Source: an uncultured Gemmatimonadaceae bacterium
Lineage (GTDB): Bacteria > Gemmatimonadota > Gemmatimonadetes > Gemmatimonadales > Gemmatimonadaceae
Assembly: GCA_963829055.1 (NCBI GenBank)
Contig: CAWHHI010000005.1
Span: 96,001 to 160,000 of the forward strand
Length of the DNA: 64,000 nt
Direction: 5' to 3'
The notes beneath the pieces are model-generated. The model worked only from the letters and a program-made list of their open reading frames with translations, was not told the DNA's origin and searched no databases. This document shows, one piece after another, positions 31,110 to 42,407 of this stretch. A program made the translations under genes and the position numbers. The stretch's first letter is position 1. Each line of letters opens with the position of its first letter.

Positions 31110-31619
31110 ATGATTATCACCCTGCGACTCATCCATATCCTTGCCGGCGTGTTCTGGGCCGGCACCGCGATCTTCACCGCCGTCTTTCTCATCCCGAGCA
31201 TCCGCGCGCTCGGCCCGGGTGGCGGCCCGGTGATGCAGCAGATCGCGGGCGTGCGTAAGCTCCCGCTGTATTTCATGGGCGCCGGCATACTGTCGATCCT
31301 CTCGGGAATCGGCCTGTACTCGAAAGCGTCGGGCGGGTTCTCGAACGCCTGGATGCACTCGGGCCCCGGTGCGACGTTCGGCATCGGCGCCGTGTTCGCG
31401 CTCGCGGCCATGGTCGTCGGAATGGCCGTTGCGTCCCCGACGGCGAAACGCGCGTCGGAACTCGCGGGTACCATTCACGGCGCAGGCCGGCCGCCGTCAC
31501 CGGAGCAGATGGCCGAGATGCAGCGGCTGCAGGTGAGGATGGGGAAGGCATCGGCGTTAGGCGCCGGACTGCTCGTGCTCGCGACGGCGGCGATGGCCAT
31601 CGCGCGCTACATGCCGTAG
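31110..31619 (+). CDS. Hypothetical 4-TM membrane protein
   Basis: LRLIHILAGVFWAG start, four hydrophobic helices, ends MAIARYM. Confidence 0.7.
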   Translation: MIITLRLIHILAGVFWAGTAIFTAVFLIPSIRALGPGGGPVMQQIAGVRKLPLYFMGAGILSILSGIGLYSKASGGFSNAWMHSGPGATFGIGAVFALAAMVVGMAVASPTAKRASELAGTIHGAGRPPSPEQMAEMQRLQVRMGKASALGAGLLVLATAAMAIARYMP

Positions 31620-31854
31620 CCAGCGGCTGCACGCTGCTTCTGCCGACGGCTGCATGCTGCGGCCGCACGCTGCCCGCTGCTGCTATTAGCGCCGGTACAC
31701 CACGCGCTGCTCGCTGCACGCAGCGGCGACCAGCTGACACCGTTGGCTGCGCGGCAGGCACCGCTTGCCGATCACCGGCGCCGGCGACTGAATCTGGCTT
31801 GAGTCGAGGCGTTGGGCGTCGCATGAATCCCGGAGACCCATTCCGCGGAGATCC

Positions 31855-32445
31855 ATGCGACGCCCGTTCTCGATCCTCGCGCTCATAGCCTGTGTAACCG
31901 CACCGGCGCGCGCGCAGGTGCCCGATGTTCCCACGCCCGACACGCTCGGCGCCAACTTCCGCCACGACAGCATCGGCACATCGACGCCCACGGACTTCGA
32001 CTTCCTCGATGGGAAGTGGACCATCCGCTTCCAGGGACGGAAGTCGCCGACCGAGTTCGCCCCGGCCAGTGCCGGAACGTGGTCGGCGCACCGGACGCAT
32101 GATGGCCTCGTCATCGAGGACGAGTTCAGTCTCATCAATCCGAGAGACGGGAGCCGGAGCCTGACGCTCACGTATCGCGTGTACAACAAGGCGCGGAAGA
32201 CGTGGGAGATCGCCGGCGTGAGCGCGAGTCAGGGGAGCCCGTGGGCGCCCGGCGTGTCGTGGAGCGATGGACACGATCGCTTTGTGGTGCAGACGTACGG
32301 AACGGGCGAGAAGGCGCTGATCACGCGCATTCGCTACTACGCCGTGACACCGAACCACTTTCTCTGGCGCGCCGACGGGTCGACTGACGGAGGGAAAACC
32401 TGGATCAGAGACTTCTGGAAAATTGAAGCAGAACGGGTGAGATGA
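31855..32445 (+). CDS. Secreted DUF1579-like protein
   Basis: Signal peptide; DFDFLDGKW, RVYN...TW and FLWRADGSTDGGKTW. Confidence 0.7.
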   Translation: MRRPFSILALIACVTAPARAQVPDVPTPDTLGANFRHDSIGTSTPTDFDFLDGKWTIRFQGRKSPTEFAPASAGTWSAHRTHDGLVIEDEFSLINPRDGSRSLTLTYRVYNKARKTWEIAGVSASQGSPWAPGVSWSDGHDRFVVQTYGTGEKALITRIRYYAVTPNHFLWRADGSTDGGKTWIRDFWKIEAERVR

Positions 32446-32619
32446 GCCGCCCACGCCGCGCTGCACGCAGCTCATGCGCGGCGCACGTGCGGCGCGCATC
32501 GCAGCCACGTGCTGCTGCAGTTGGCACCCAGCGTCACCCAGCGCAGTTGGACGCGGTTCGCGCAACCAGCACGACCACCCAGCAACCAGCCGCAGTCCCC
32601 AGTCCCCAGTCCCCAGTCC

Positions 32620-33687
32620 CTAGTCCCAGATCTGCACTCGCTCCGCGATCCGTCCTGTCTCCACCAGCTCACGCAACTCCTCGCCTAACGCCGCACTCGC
32701 ATCCACGACTCCCTGCCAGCGACGCATCCGCTCCGTCTCCGGCATCGAGTAGAAGTCGCGCCGGTCAGGAATCTTGCCGCCCGGCAGCGACGCGACGAAC
32801 GCGTCCGACGGCGCGATGAGCAACGCGCGGCGGAAGTTCGACGCGCCCGCACGGCGCCAGCGCATCGACTTGTCGAACCAGCCCGGCACGATGTGTGAGT
32901 AGAAGTGCGGGTACAGTACCAACCCCGCGCCGGCGCCGAAGTCGAGATCGAGGTGGTAATCGAGCACGCCGCCGTCCCAGTGCAAGCCGCTGCCCGCACC
33001 CGGAATGCGCACACCCTCCACGAGCAGCGGGATCGCCCCCGAGGCGACCAGCACGTCGCGCAGATTCTCCCGCGTCAACGCCGCGTGCCGCGTCGGGAGA
33101 TCGGACAGCTTCGTGAACGGCGAATCCGCGCCGGCCGAATGGAAGATCCAGCGTCGCATCTGGAGCGCGAGCGTTCGGCGACTGACGAAGTTTCCCGCTA
33201 TCGCCACCGCCAGGCCCGCGGCGAGCAACGCGCGGCTCCCTCGTCCGGCGAGCCCTCGCCCCTCGGCCGTGATCACGTGCACGCGCGCCCACGGATGGCT
33301 CAGGATCTCGTCCACGCCCGTGGGGCCGAGCAGGAGATCGAGCGCGCGGCCGAGGACGGCGCCGACTTCCGCGGGGGACGGCTTCGGCGTATACCGCTGC
33401 TCATAGATGTACGCCTGATGTCCGCGGCCTAACGCGGCGATGGGATCGCGCTGCGCGAAGCACGCCATGCGCCAACTGCCGATGGATGACCCGATGAGAT
33501 GCATCGGCCGCGTCCTCGGCTGCTGGAGCAGCTCGCCGAACAGGTAGCGATCGAGCCCCGCGATCGCGAGCCACTTGGCACCCCCCGAGGCTCCGGGAAT
33601 GACATCGACATCCTCGGCGCGCAGCCCGCGCTCGCGAATGATTCGATAGGCCTCGGCGCCTGCCAGCAGGGTGAGCGTACGCATCAC
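32620..33687 (-). CDS. Patatin-like phospholipase family protein
   Basis: GASGGAKW, GSSIGSW (GxSxG), ASGAIP and DGG. Confidence 0.85.
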   Translation of the reverse strand: MMRTLTLLAGAEAYRIIRERGLRAEDVDVIPGASGGAKWLAIAGLDRYLFGELLQQPRTRPMHLIGSSIGSWRMACFAQRDPIAALGRGHQAYIYEQRYTPKPSPAEVGAVLGRALDLLLGPTGVDEILSHPWARVHVITAEGRGLAGRGSRALLAAGLAVAIAGNFVSRRTLALQMRRWIFHSAGADSPFTKLSDLPTRHAALTRENLRDVLVASGAIPLLVEGVRIPGAGSGLHWDGGVLDYHLDLDFGAGAGLVLYPHFYSHIVPGWFDKSMRWRRAGASNFRRALLIAPSDAFVASLPGGKIPDRRDFYSMPETERMRRWQGVVDASAALGEELRELVETGRIAERVQIWD

Positions 33688-33737
33688 TCAACCTAGCTGG
33701 CATGCCTGCAACAGTGGTTTGGATCGTCCATGCCAGC

Positions 33738-33945
33738 GACTGCTTCGGCAAGCCATCTCAGACGAAGGGCGAACGGATCCGGCGGATAAACCGGATTGAC
33801 TCCCACGCGGGACGGATGCTGAGCAATAGGCCGAATCAATCCGGCCGATCCGGCGAATCCGTTCGCTCCCCCTGTCTGAGATGGTTGCCGAAGCAGTCCC
33901 TGACGTCCTCCGGGTCCTCTGCGGTTGGTGCTGTTGGTGTTGCCG
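33738..33945. repeat. Family B palindromic element
   Basis: GACTGCTTCGGCAAGCCATCTCAGAC pairs with GTCTGAGATGGTTGCCGAAGCAGTC; inner GCGAACGGAT/ATCCGTTCGC. Confidence 0.8.
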
Positions 33946-33949
33946 TGGC

Positions 33950-36302
33950 TCAGTATCTGTACGCTTGGAGTCCAATGCGAACCGTGCGTGGCAGCCCATA
34001 CGAGATGAGCGTGTTCGCGCCGGTGCCCGCGAGATTGATCTGATACTGCGTATCGCCGATGTTCTCGACCGACACGAAACCCGCGATCCCGCGCACGAGC
34101 TCGCGCTGCACGTTCGCGTCCACCACCGTGAACGGGTCGAGCCAGACGCCCTGCAGCGTCGTCGTGTGACCCTCGTGACGCCAGATGCCCGTCCACGTGC
34201 CGAACATCCTCGACGCGTACGTCGCGCGGATCGTCTGCTTGGGCGACGGCACGCGGTTGATGTGCGCGCCGACCACCGTCCCTGGTGGCCCCGACACCAC
34301 GCGCGCGTCGTCGTAGTTCACGCTGCCGCTGATGAACAGCTGCCTAACGGGGCGCAGCGCGAGGTACGCCTCGCCGCCCTTCGACCGCGATTCGTTCACG
34401 TTGAGCCGCTGGCGCGTCACCGGCGGACCGGCCGAGATCTGCACCGGAACGTTGAAGTTGTTGTAGTCCGCGACGTACCACGTGCCCTTGAACTGCATCC
34501 AGTCCGCTGGCTGCCAGTCGAGCCCGACTTCACGACCGAACGCCGTCTCCGGCTTGAGGTCGGGATTCGGGATCGTGACCTGCGTGGCAGTGATCTGTTT
34601 CCGATACAGCTCGGCGAGATTCGGCGCGCGGAACGCCTTGTACAGGGCTCCGTGGAACGACAGCGTCGGGATCAGCTGATACCTGACGCCTATCCGCGGC
34701 GAGAACTCGTCTTTCTGCTGTCCCCATAGTCCGTCGTGCCGAGCGTGGCGTCCACCGTGCGGCCGTTGTTGTTGCCCCAGTGATCGAAGCGCGCACTCAG
34801 CTCCACGCGCACCGGCGTGATCGGCGCCGCGATCGCCTGCACGAACGCGCCGCCCAACGCCTGATCACCACCGGACCAGATCGTCCGCACGACGTTCCCG
34901 CAGTTCGCGGTGGGGCACACCGTGTTGAGGTCCACCTCGTCGAACGCGCCGTTCATGTGCCGATAGTCACCACCGACGCTGAACGATTCCAGATGCCAGG
35001 CCCCGTGCGCGTCCATACAGCGGAGGCGCCCCAGTCATGACTCGGGATGTCCGCGACGACGCTCGAGTCCTCGCACTGGCGCGCCGCGGTGGACGGTGTC
35101 GGGCACGTCGCCGAAAGCACGCGGATCGATGACGAGCGCTGATGCTCATCCTGCCGACCGTCCCACGCGCGGAATGAGAGCAGGCCGCTCGTATACGCGC
35201 CGTAGTCCGCACCGAAGCTCACGTCGCCCTGTTCGCGCGTCTGATACGACAGCGGTGTCCCGGTATCGCGATTGTCGCCGAACAGGTGACCCGTCACGAA
35301 TGCGGAGAATTTCGCGGACGGGGTGTAGTTGAACCGGCCGTACACGTTGCGCTGGATGATCTCGGATCGCTCATCGACCGCGCCGCGCTTCGCCGAATCG
35401 AGGAGCGTGTATCCGCCGCCGTCCTGGTAGTCTCCGCTGAGATACGCGTTGACCGGGCCGTAAATCGGAACGCCGGCCGCCGCGAACACGTGACGCGTAT
35501 CGCGACTGCCGCCTTCGACGGTCATGTTGACCGCGCCGGGCGCGAGCGGGCGCGAGAAGAACGAGATCACGCCGCCCATGGCGCCGTTGCCGTACAGGCT
35601 CGACGTCCCGCCCTCGACGACCTCGACGCGATCGAGCATGCCCTTCGGCACGCGCCCCCAATCGATCCATTCCCCCCACGCGTCATTCACAGGGATCCCA
35701 TCGAACAACACGACCGTGCGCCCTTCGTCGACGCCGCGGATCGACACGATCTGCGCGGTACCGCCGACGAGACTGCTCGTGCGCGGGAGCTCGACGCCCG
35801 GAATCTCGCGCAGGAGATCCTGCGACTCGCGCGCGGGGCTCGTCTGCACGTGCTCCGGCGTCAGGACGTTCACCGTCGAAGCGACCTGCGACGCCTCGGT
35901 GGGTGTCCGCGTCGCCGTGACGATCACACTCGACAGCATGAGCGAGCCGGGCTCGAGCTGCGCGTCGAGCGACGCGGTCTGACCGGCGACTACGTCCACG
36001 CTTTTCCGCATGGGCTTGTGGCCGATCGCGGTGACCAGCACCTCGTAGCGTCCGGGGGAAAGATTGCGAAGTGTGAACCGACCGTTCGCGTCGGACACAA
36101 CCACGCGCTCGGGTGACTCGACGGCGATGCGAGCGCCCATCACGGAGCGGTGGTCGGCGGATGTGATGACACCGCGGATCGAGCCATCGCCCTGCGCGTG
36201 AGCCGCGACGGGCCAGCCGAGCAAAACGAGGCTTAGGAAACGCGCAACTGAGCGCGAGAACAGTGAGCGCGAGAAGAACGAGCGTACAATGAATGTCGAC
36301 AT
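33950..36302 (-). CDS. TonB-dependent receptor with N-terminal carboxypeptidase-regulatory-like domain (frameshifts 34500-35020)
   Basis: VIVTATRT, DLLREIPGV, FDGIPVND, RVEVVEGGTSSLYGNGAMGGVI; ends YGLPRTVRIGL. Confidence 0.9.
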
Positions 36303-36364
36303 GTTGAATGGGTTCGGGTTGCGACGGTCGGAATGATACGAGCGGTGCTGCGCGACTGTTGATT

Positions 36365-36509
36365 GTCATTCCGAGCGGAGCCGCGAAGGCCGCAGTCGAG
36401 GAATCGAGACCGTACGGTAGAGAGCCCTCTATCCGGACGATCGCGATTCCTCGACTGCGCGTCCGCTACGCGGCGCTCCGCTCGGAATGACAACCTCGCT
36501 CGGAATGAC
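36365..36509. repeat. Family A variant (GTCATTCCGAG...CTCGGAATGAC)
   Basis: GCAGTCGAGGAATCG pairs with CGATTCCTCGACTGC; right end duplicated. Confidence 0.85.
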
Positions 36510-36575
36510 AACCGGCATAGATTCACGTCGCGGTTCACCCATCTACCGACATCCAGCACTGGTCAGACCACTGGC

Positions 36576-37289
36576 TTGACCCCTCGGCTCTCAGTCGACC
36601 GCCTGCACAAGCGCTTCGGCCAGATCGAAGCGCTTCGCGCCGCGACGTTCCGCGTGGAGCACGGCGAAGTGCTCGGCCTGCTCGGGCCTAACGGGGCTGG
36701 CAAGAGCACGCTGCTCGCCTGTCTCGCCGGCCTCCTGCATGCGGACGGCGGCCAGGTCCTTGGCGCCGATGGTCGCGCAATCGAGCCGGCGCGTCGCCGA
36801 GATGCGTTGATGTATCTGCCGGACGGCATCGCGCCGTGGCCGGATCAGACCGCGAGCTGGATCCTCGAGTTCTGGCGCGTGATGACGGGCGCGCGCGCCG
36901 ATGGTTGGGAGGCCATCGCCGACGTCCTCGGGCTGGCCGAGCTGCGTGGGCGGCGTATCGGCACACTGTCGAAGGGCGAGCGCAAGCGCGTACTGCTCGG
37001 TCTGGCGCTGGCGTCACCGCAGCCGGTCGTGCTCATGGACGAGCCGTTCGACGGGCTCGACCTGCGCCAGACGCGCGCGACGATCGCGATGTTCCGCGAG
37101 CTGGCGCGTGAAGGGCGATCGCTGGTGCTCTCGATCCACTCGATGCCTGACGCCGCGCGCGTCTGCGACCGGCTCGTGCTGCTGAACGACGGCAGCACGA
37201 TCGCCGAAGGGACACTGCCGGAGCTGCGCGAGCGTGCGGGACTCGCGGCCGGCGCCGACCTCGAGGACGTGTTCCTTGCCATCGCCTAA
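36576..37289 (+). CDS. ABC transporter ATP-binding protein
   Basis: Walker A GPNGAGKST, LSKGERKR signature, Walker B LMDEPFDGLD. TTG start inferred. Confidence 0.9.
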   Translation: MTPRLSVDRLHKRFGQIEALRAATFRVEHGEVLGLLGPNGAGKSTLLACLAGLLHADGGQVLGADGRAIEPARRRDALMYLPDGIAPWPDQTASWILEFWRVMTGARADGWEAIADVLGLAELRGRRIGTLSKGERKRVLLGLALASPQPVVLMDEPFDGLDLRQTRATIAMFRELAREGRSLVLSIHSMPDAARVCDRLVLLNDGSTIAEGTLPELRERAGLAAGADLEDVFLAIA

Positions 37290-37305
37290 CGCTGTCGGCG
37301 TGGGA

Positions 37306-38623
37306 ATGCGATGGCGGTGGCTCGCCGCCAAGGAGTGGCGCGAGCTCGTGGCATCGCGCGCGATGCTGGTGTTCGCGTTGTGTCTCGGGCCCCTCGTGGG
37401 ACACGCGTTCGCGACGGCGGTGGACGTCTATGGCGAGGCGAGCGGCGCCGGCGGTGGACCTGCCGCGCTCGCGCAGGGGCTGAGTCCACTCGACGGCATC
37501 GTCGTGCCGACGTTCGGCGCGTACGCGATCGCGGCGATGCTGCTGTTTCCGTTCGTCGCTATTCGCGCGGTCGCGGCCGAGAAGGAGAGTGGCGCGCTGT
37601 CGCTGCTCGTGCAGAGTCGAGTGAGTCTCGGCACGATGATCGTCGTGAAGTTCGTCGTGCTGCTCGGCGCGTGGATCCTGGCGTGGGTGCCCGGCGTCGT
37701 CGCGCTCGCGATGTGGCGCGCGAGTGGCGGCCATCTGTACTCACCGGAAGTCGCGACGGTGTTCGCTGGCCACGTTATGCGCGGCGCGCTCGTCATCGCG
37801 CTCGGCCTCGCGGCGGCGGCCGTCACTGACGGCGCGGCGAGCGCCGCGGTGCTGACGCTCGCCGTCACGCTCGGCACGTGGGCCCTGGATTTCATAGGGC
37901 AGGTGCGTGGCGGCACGGCGATGAGCCTCGCGCGGTTCACGCCCGACTCGGCGCTCCGCGTATTCGAGCACGGCGAGCTGCGGCTCGATCTGCTGCTCGC
38001 GACCGCGGCGATCATCGCCGCGCTGCTCGCGTTCACGGTCGTGTGGCTTCGGCCGGCACGGCTCGTTCGCGCGCGTCTCGGGATAACGGCGGCGGTCGTT
38101 ACTCGCTGCGGCGCTCGTGTGTGTGGCGTCCGCGCGTGTAAGCACGAGTTGGGACATGAGTGAGGATCGACGCAGCTCGTTCGCCGCCGCGGATGAGGCG
38201 TTGCTGCGAACGATCCACGCGCCGCTCTACGTGACCGCGCATCTCGCACCGGAGGATCCACGTCTCGCCGACCTCGAGAGCGGTGTGTTGCGCAAGTTGC
38301 GGCGGACGCTGCCGGCGGTGCACGTGGACTACGCGGCTCGCGGCGCCACGGGACTCTTCGAAGGCTCGGCCGCGCGGTACGGCGAAGTCGTGTATCGCCT
38401 GAACGATCGCGAAGCGATGACGCGATCGACCACGGTGCCGATCGTGCTCGAGACCATCTATGGACTCGCCGGCCTGACGCCGCCAACGGCTGGCGCCGCG
38501 GACGCGTATCCCGGGTACCCGCACGTCGCGCACATCCGGCTGATCGCGCCACTATTCTACGTGCTCTGGCCCGTCGCGGTGCTCGTGATGTGGTGGACGT
38601 CGCGCCACCGTCGCCGCGCGTGA
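37306..38623 (+). CDS. ABC-2 type permease with C-terminal extracytoplasmic domain (frameshift near 38100)
   Basis: KEWREL, AVAAEKESGAL, multiple TMs, WDMSEDRRSSF. Confidence 0.8.
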
Positions 38624-38658
38624 GATTCTACGGCTCGAACCCGCTCCTCCATCTCGCC

Positions 38659-39432
38659 ATGTTGAACTCGTCGAACCATCGCCTTCATCGTTGGCCATTC
38701 GCGCTGCTCGCGGGCGTCGTTCTCACAACGAGCGCGCGCAGTGCTCAGGCTCAGGCGCAGGCCGCGTCAGGCACCGCTGCGCGTCCCATTCGCGTGGATG
38801 TGGCGCGCGACAAGGTCGGGGCCGAGCCGTCCACGTTCGTACCGATGGTGGGCAACTGGGTCGTCGCGGATGAGGAAGGCAAGAAGGTCGTGATGGCTGA
38901 CGGGCGCGAGTGGAAGCGCGGTCAGCCGGCCGGCGGTCTCGCCGACAAGGCGCGCGCGATCTACGGCGCGAGACATGAGGAGTTCATCGACAACGTGAAG
39001 GCGTTCGCGTACTTCCCGATCGCCGTCGCGAAGGGGATCGATGACTTCCAGAACGGCGAGATCTCCGTGCGGTTCATGATGGTCGGCGGCACGCTCGACC
39101 GGTGCGCCGGCATTCTGTTCAACGTCAAGCCTAACGGCGACTACCTCACGGTTCGGTTCAACGGCACCGAGGACAACGTGGTGCTGTGGACGTTCAACGA
39201 GGGGAAGCGCAGCTTCGTGAAGCGCGCGCCGGAGAACGTGCCGCTCGAGCTCGGGACGTGGCACGAGCTCAAGATCGCGGTGCACGGGACGCAGCTGCAG
39301 GGGTTCCTCGACGGCAAGGCGCTGCTCGACTACACGCTGAAGGAGCCCGTCTCTGGCAAGGTCGGTCTGTGGTCGAAGACCGATAGCATGACGGAGTTCG
39401 CCGATTTCACCGTCACGCCGGCGGCGCGATGA
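38659..39432 (+). CDS. Secreted DUF1080/concanavalin-like domain protein
   Basis: Signal peptide; AGILFN...GDY, WHELKIAVHG and SGKVGLWSKTDS.T.F.DF. Confidence 0.7.
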   Translation: MLNSSNHRLHRWPFALLAGVVLTTSARSAQAQAQAASGTAARPIRVDVARDKVGAEPSTFVPMVGNWVVADEEGKKVVMADGREWKRGQPAGGLADKARAIYGARHEEFIDNVKAFAYFPIAVAKGIDDFQNGEISVRFMMVGGTLDRCAGILFNVKPNGDYLTVRFNGTEDNVVLWTFNEGKRSFVKRAPENVPLELGTWHELKIAVHGTQLQGFLDGKALLDYTLKEPVSGKVGLWSKTDSMTEFADFTVTPAAR

Positions 39433-40114
39433 GCACGCGACCTGGGTCACACCTAACGCGTGCGGCTGTGATCGCGCTGGTCGCCGCGGCACCTCTCGCT
39501 GCGCAGGCGTCGAAGTCGGCGAAGTCCGAAAGCTGTCCCGCGGTGGACACGAAGGCGGGCTGGTACGTGAAGCAGCGCGCGTGGGCTGAGTGACTCGAGT
39601 CACGCGTGGTCGAACGATTCGCTGCGGACGGCGCTGATCCACGCTGCCGGCGCTCGACAACGCCAACGGCGGAACCGGCGCGCTCATGGGCTACGAGATC
39701 GTGGGAGCGACGCCTAACGCTGCACAGGGGGATGCGGCGACGGCGATCGCCGCGTTGCGCACGCTCGCCCAGACTCGCGGGTCGACGTGGCCGACGAAGT
39801 CGGTCGTTGGCGCGGAGGGAGTGCGGGCAGTGTGGGTGCTCGCGGGCCAGGACACGTCACTCGCGCGCGCGGCACTGCATCGGATGATGGAAGCGGGCCC
39901 GGAGGAATCCCCGCCGGCGGCGGTCGCGATTCTCGAAGATCGCCTGCGGATCGCGTCTGGCCGGAAACAGATCTACGGGACCCAGCTAGTGAAGAGCGCG
40001 GACGGCAAGCTCGAGCCGGCGCCGCTGGAGGACCCGAAGCACGTGGACCTGCGTCGCGACGCGGCGGGTCTGCCGCCGCTGGCGCAGGCGATGTGCGCGG
40101 CTTCGAGGCCGTAG
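39429..40114 (+). CDS. DUF6624-like protein (frameshifted N-terminus)
   Basis: WP.KSVVG, EDRLRI..G.KQIYGTQ and DPKHVDLRR.AAGLPPL; ATGA overlap with the upstream gene. Confidence 0.7.
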
Positions 40115-40244
40115 GAAGGAGGCCTGAGGAAGGAGATCATGTCATCCCGAGCGCAGCGAGGGACCTTGTGTGAAGTACTCGTGGCCAGACCGGCTACGAT
40201 GACATCAGACAAGGTCCCTCGTCGCTAGCGCTCCTCGGGATGAC
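40112..40244. repeat. Family A element (40141-40244) with AGGAAGG arm
   Basis: GTCATCCCGAG...GAGGGACCTT/AAGGTCCCTC...CTCGGGATGAC between convergent genes. Confidence 0.9.
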
Positions 40245-40256
40245 AATGTTCCCCGC

Positions 40257-40721
40257 TTACGGCGCCTTCGTCGCCTCCCAGGTCGACTTCCCGACCACGG
40301 AGTCGGGCTTCGCCGCGAGCATGAGGTTGGCCGTGCCGACCAGCTTTCCGTCCTTCAAGCGGCCGATCGACCGGAACATCACTTTCGGCGCATTCTTCGG
40401 CATCGTGGGATCCTTGTAGGCCACGGACGTCACGATGGAGCTGTCCGCGTCATACTTCGTGGTGAAGCGGACGGAATCCTTGCTGGTGCCGAACACGATC
40501 TTCCCCGTCGAGTCCGAGGTGCTCACGACGGTGAACGTGGTCGTGGAATCGGATCCCTCACGTTTACTCGTGCCGTTCCAGGTACCGCGCATGTCGGCGG
40601 GGGTCAGTGCCGCTGGTGCGGCCGGCGGCGGCGCCGCGACGGTGGCAGCCGTGTCGGTTGCTGGGGTTTCGGCCTTGGAGCATGCGACAACAGCCAGTGT
40701 GAGCAGGAATACTTTGCGCAT
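40257..40721 (-). CDS. Hypothetical lipoprotein
   Basis: MRKVFLLTLAVVAC lipobox, Ala/Pro linker, GAGG RBS. Confidence 0.75.
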   Translation of the reverse strand: MRKVFLLTLAVVACSKAETPATDTAATVAAPPPAAPAALTPADMRGTWNGTSKREGSDSTTTFTVVSTSDSTGKIVFGTSKDSVRFTTKYDADSSIVTSVAYKDPTMPKNAPKVMFRSIGRLKDGKLVGTANLMLAAKPDSVVGKSTWEATKAP

Positions 40722-40829
40722 TGACGCCTCGAGGTGGACGATCGATTGCGAGTGATTTCGCGCGAGCCCACGGCGGCCCACGCGGTTCGATGATGCAGAT
40801 TTCCCGTATGCGCCGCCAGCGGTCGGTAG

Positions 40830-41054
40830 GTGACAGCAACGGTAGCCGCCGTTCACCACCGAGGACGCGGCGGACTGCTTCACCACGCATCCAGAACCGA
40901 GGGTGTGGACGGAAACGGCCGGAAACATCGGATCGGGCGGATTGGTCAGATGCCGGGAGAGTCGGTGCCGCAACGAGCCTTGATAGCAAGGGGCGGTCTC
41001 GGCCGCATGTCAGTCGTTTCCGGCCGTTTCCGTTCCCACTCTCGATTCTGGATG
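40830..41054. repeat. Family B palindromic element
   Basis: CATCCAGAA...GGAAACGGCCGGAAAC / GTTTCCGGCCGTTTCC...TTCTGGATG. Confidence 0.8.
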
Positions 41055-41364
41055 TCGTGACTCGCCGTCGCCGGATGCTGTCGATGCTGCATCGCACGCT
41101 GAAGCACGCACCATCGGCGATCCACGGGTCGCACGCCGGTATCCAGCTCGCCGCCAGCCGCCACCACTCGACGCGTACGCCTAACGCGGGCATCCTCACG
41201 CCCATTCGTGCAGCGACGCGGTCACCACGCCGGTCGCGAGTCATCATGCCACGAGCACCAGCAGTGAGCTTGCCAGTCCGACGGATGGCTGCTTCCTTTG
41301 CGCCACGGCAGACGGCGGCCACTGACTCGCGAGTGATCGCTGACGTCATCTCACGCGGAGCACG

Positions 41365-42407
41365 ATGGTCTGGGAAGAGCGCTGGCACCCACTGCGGCGG
41401 GAGTGGGTGGTGATCTCGTCGCATCGCGATCGGCGCCCGTGGCAGGGCGAGACCGTGGGCGACGCGCGCGCGCCGCCCGTCGCCTACTCGCCCGACTGCT
41501 ATCTCTGCCCCGGCAACGTGCGCGTGTCGGGCGAACGCGAATCCCGCGCTACACCGGCGTCTTCGCGTTCGACAACGACCATCCGTGCGTCGGCCCGTCC
41601 GCGCCGGAGCCCCGTCCCGCTCGCTGACGGTCCGTACCAGAACCGCCGCGCCGACGGCCTGTCGCGCGTCGTGTGCTACTCGCCGCGTCACGACCTCTCG
41701 CTCGCGGAGCTGCCGCCTAACGACGTCGTGAGTCTGCTGGCGGCGCTGCAGGAACAGTTTCGCGAGCTCGCCGCGCGGCCCGAAGTGCGGCACGTGCTCA
41801 TGTTCGAGAACAAGGGCGACGTCGTCGGCGTGAGCAACCCGCACCCGCACTGTCAGATCTACGCGACGAACTTCGTCTTCCGTACGATCGAGGTCGAAGC
41901 AGACGCCTCGGCGACGTACCTCGCCGATAACGGCGCGTACGCTGTTCCAGGACATCATCGCGGCCGAAGAGCGACGACCAGAGTCGGGTCGTCGTCTCGA
42001 ACGAACACGCTGTTGCGTTCGTTCCGTACTTCGCGCGCTACCCCTACGAGACGTTCGTCGCGCCACGCACGACGCACGCCGAACATCGCGTCGAGCTCTC
42101 GAGCGCCGAGCTCGAAGATCTCGCGCCGTGCCTCCGCGACACGCTCATTCGCATGGACAACCTCTGGCGCATGCCGTTTCCGTACGTCATGGCCTTCCAC
42201 CAGGCACCCATCGACGGCGCAGTCGCACCCGGGGTTCCACTTTCACATTGAGATTCACACGCCGCTCCGGAAGCCAGGGCTGCTCAAATACCTCGCGGGT
42301 CCGGAGATCGGCGGCGGTAACTTCCTCAACGACACCGCGCCGGAAGACAAGGCGCGCGAGCTGATCGCGCAGTCCGGCGTGCACTACCGCTCTGGTCCGT
42401 CCCATGA
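41365..42407 (+). CDS. galT: Galactose-1-phosphate uridylyltransferase family (frameshifts; 3' end approximate)
   Basis: RWHPLRREWV..S.HR..RPWQG, CYLCPGN, FENKGDVVGVSNPHPHCQ and HFHIE. Confidence 0.85.
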
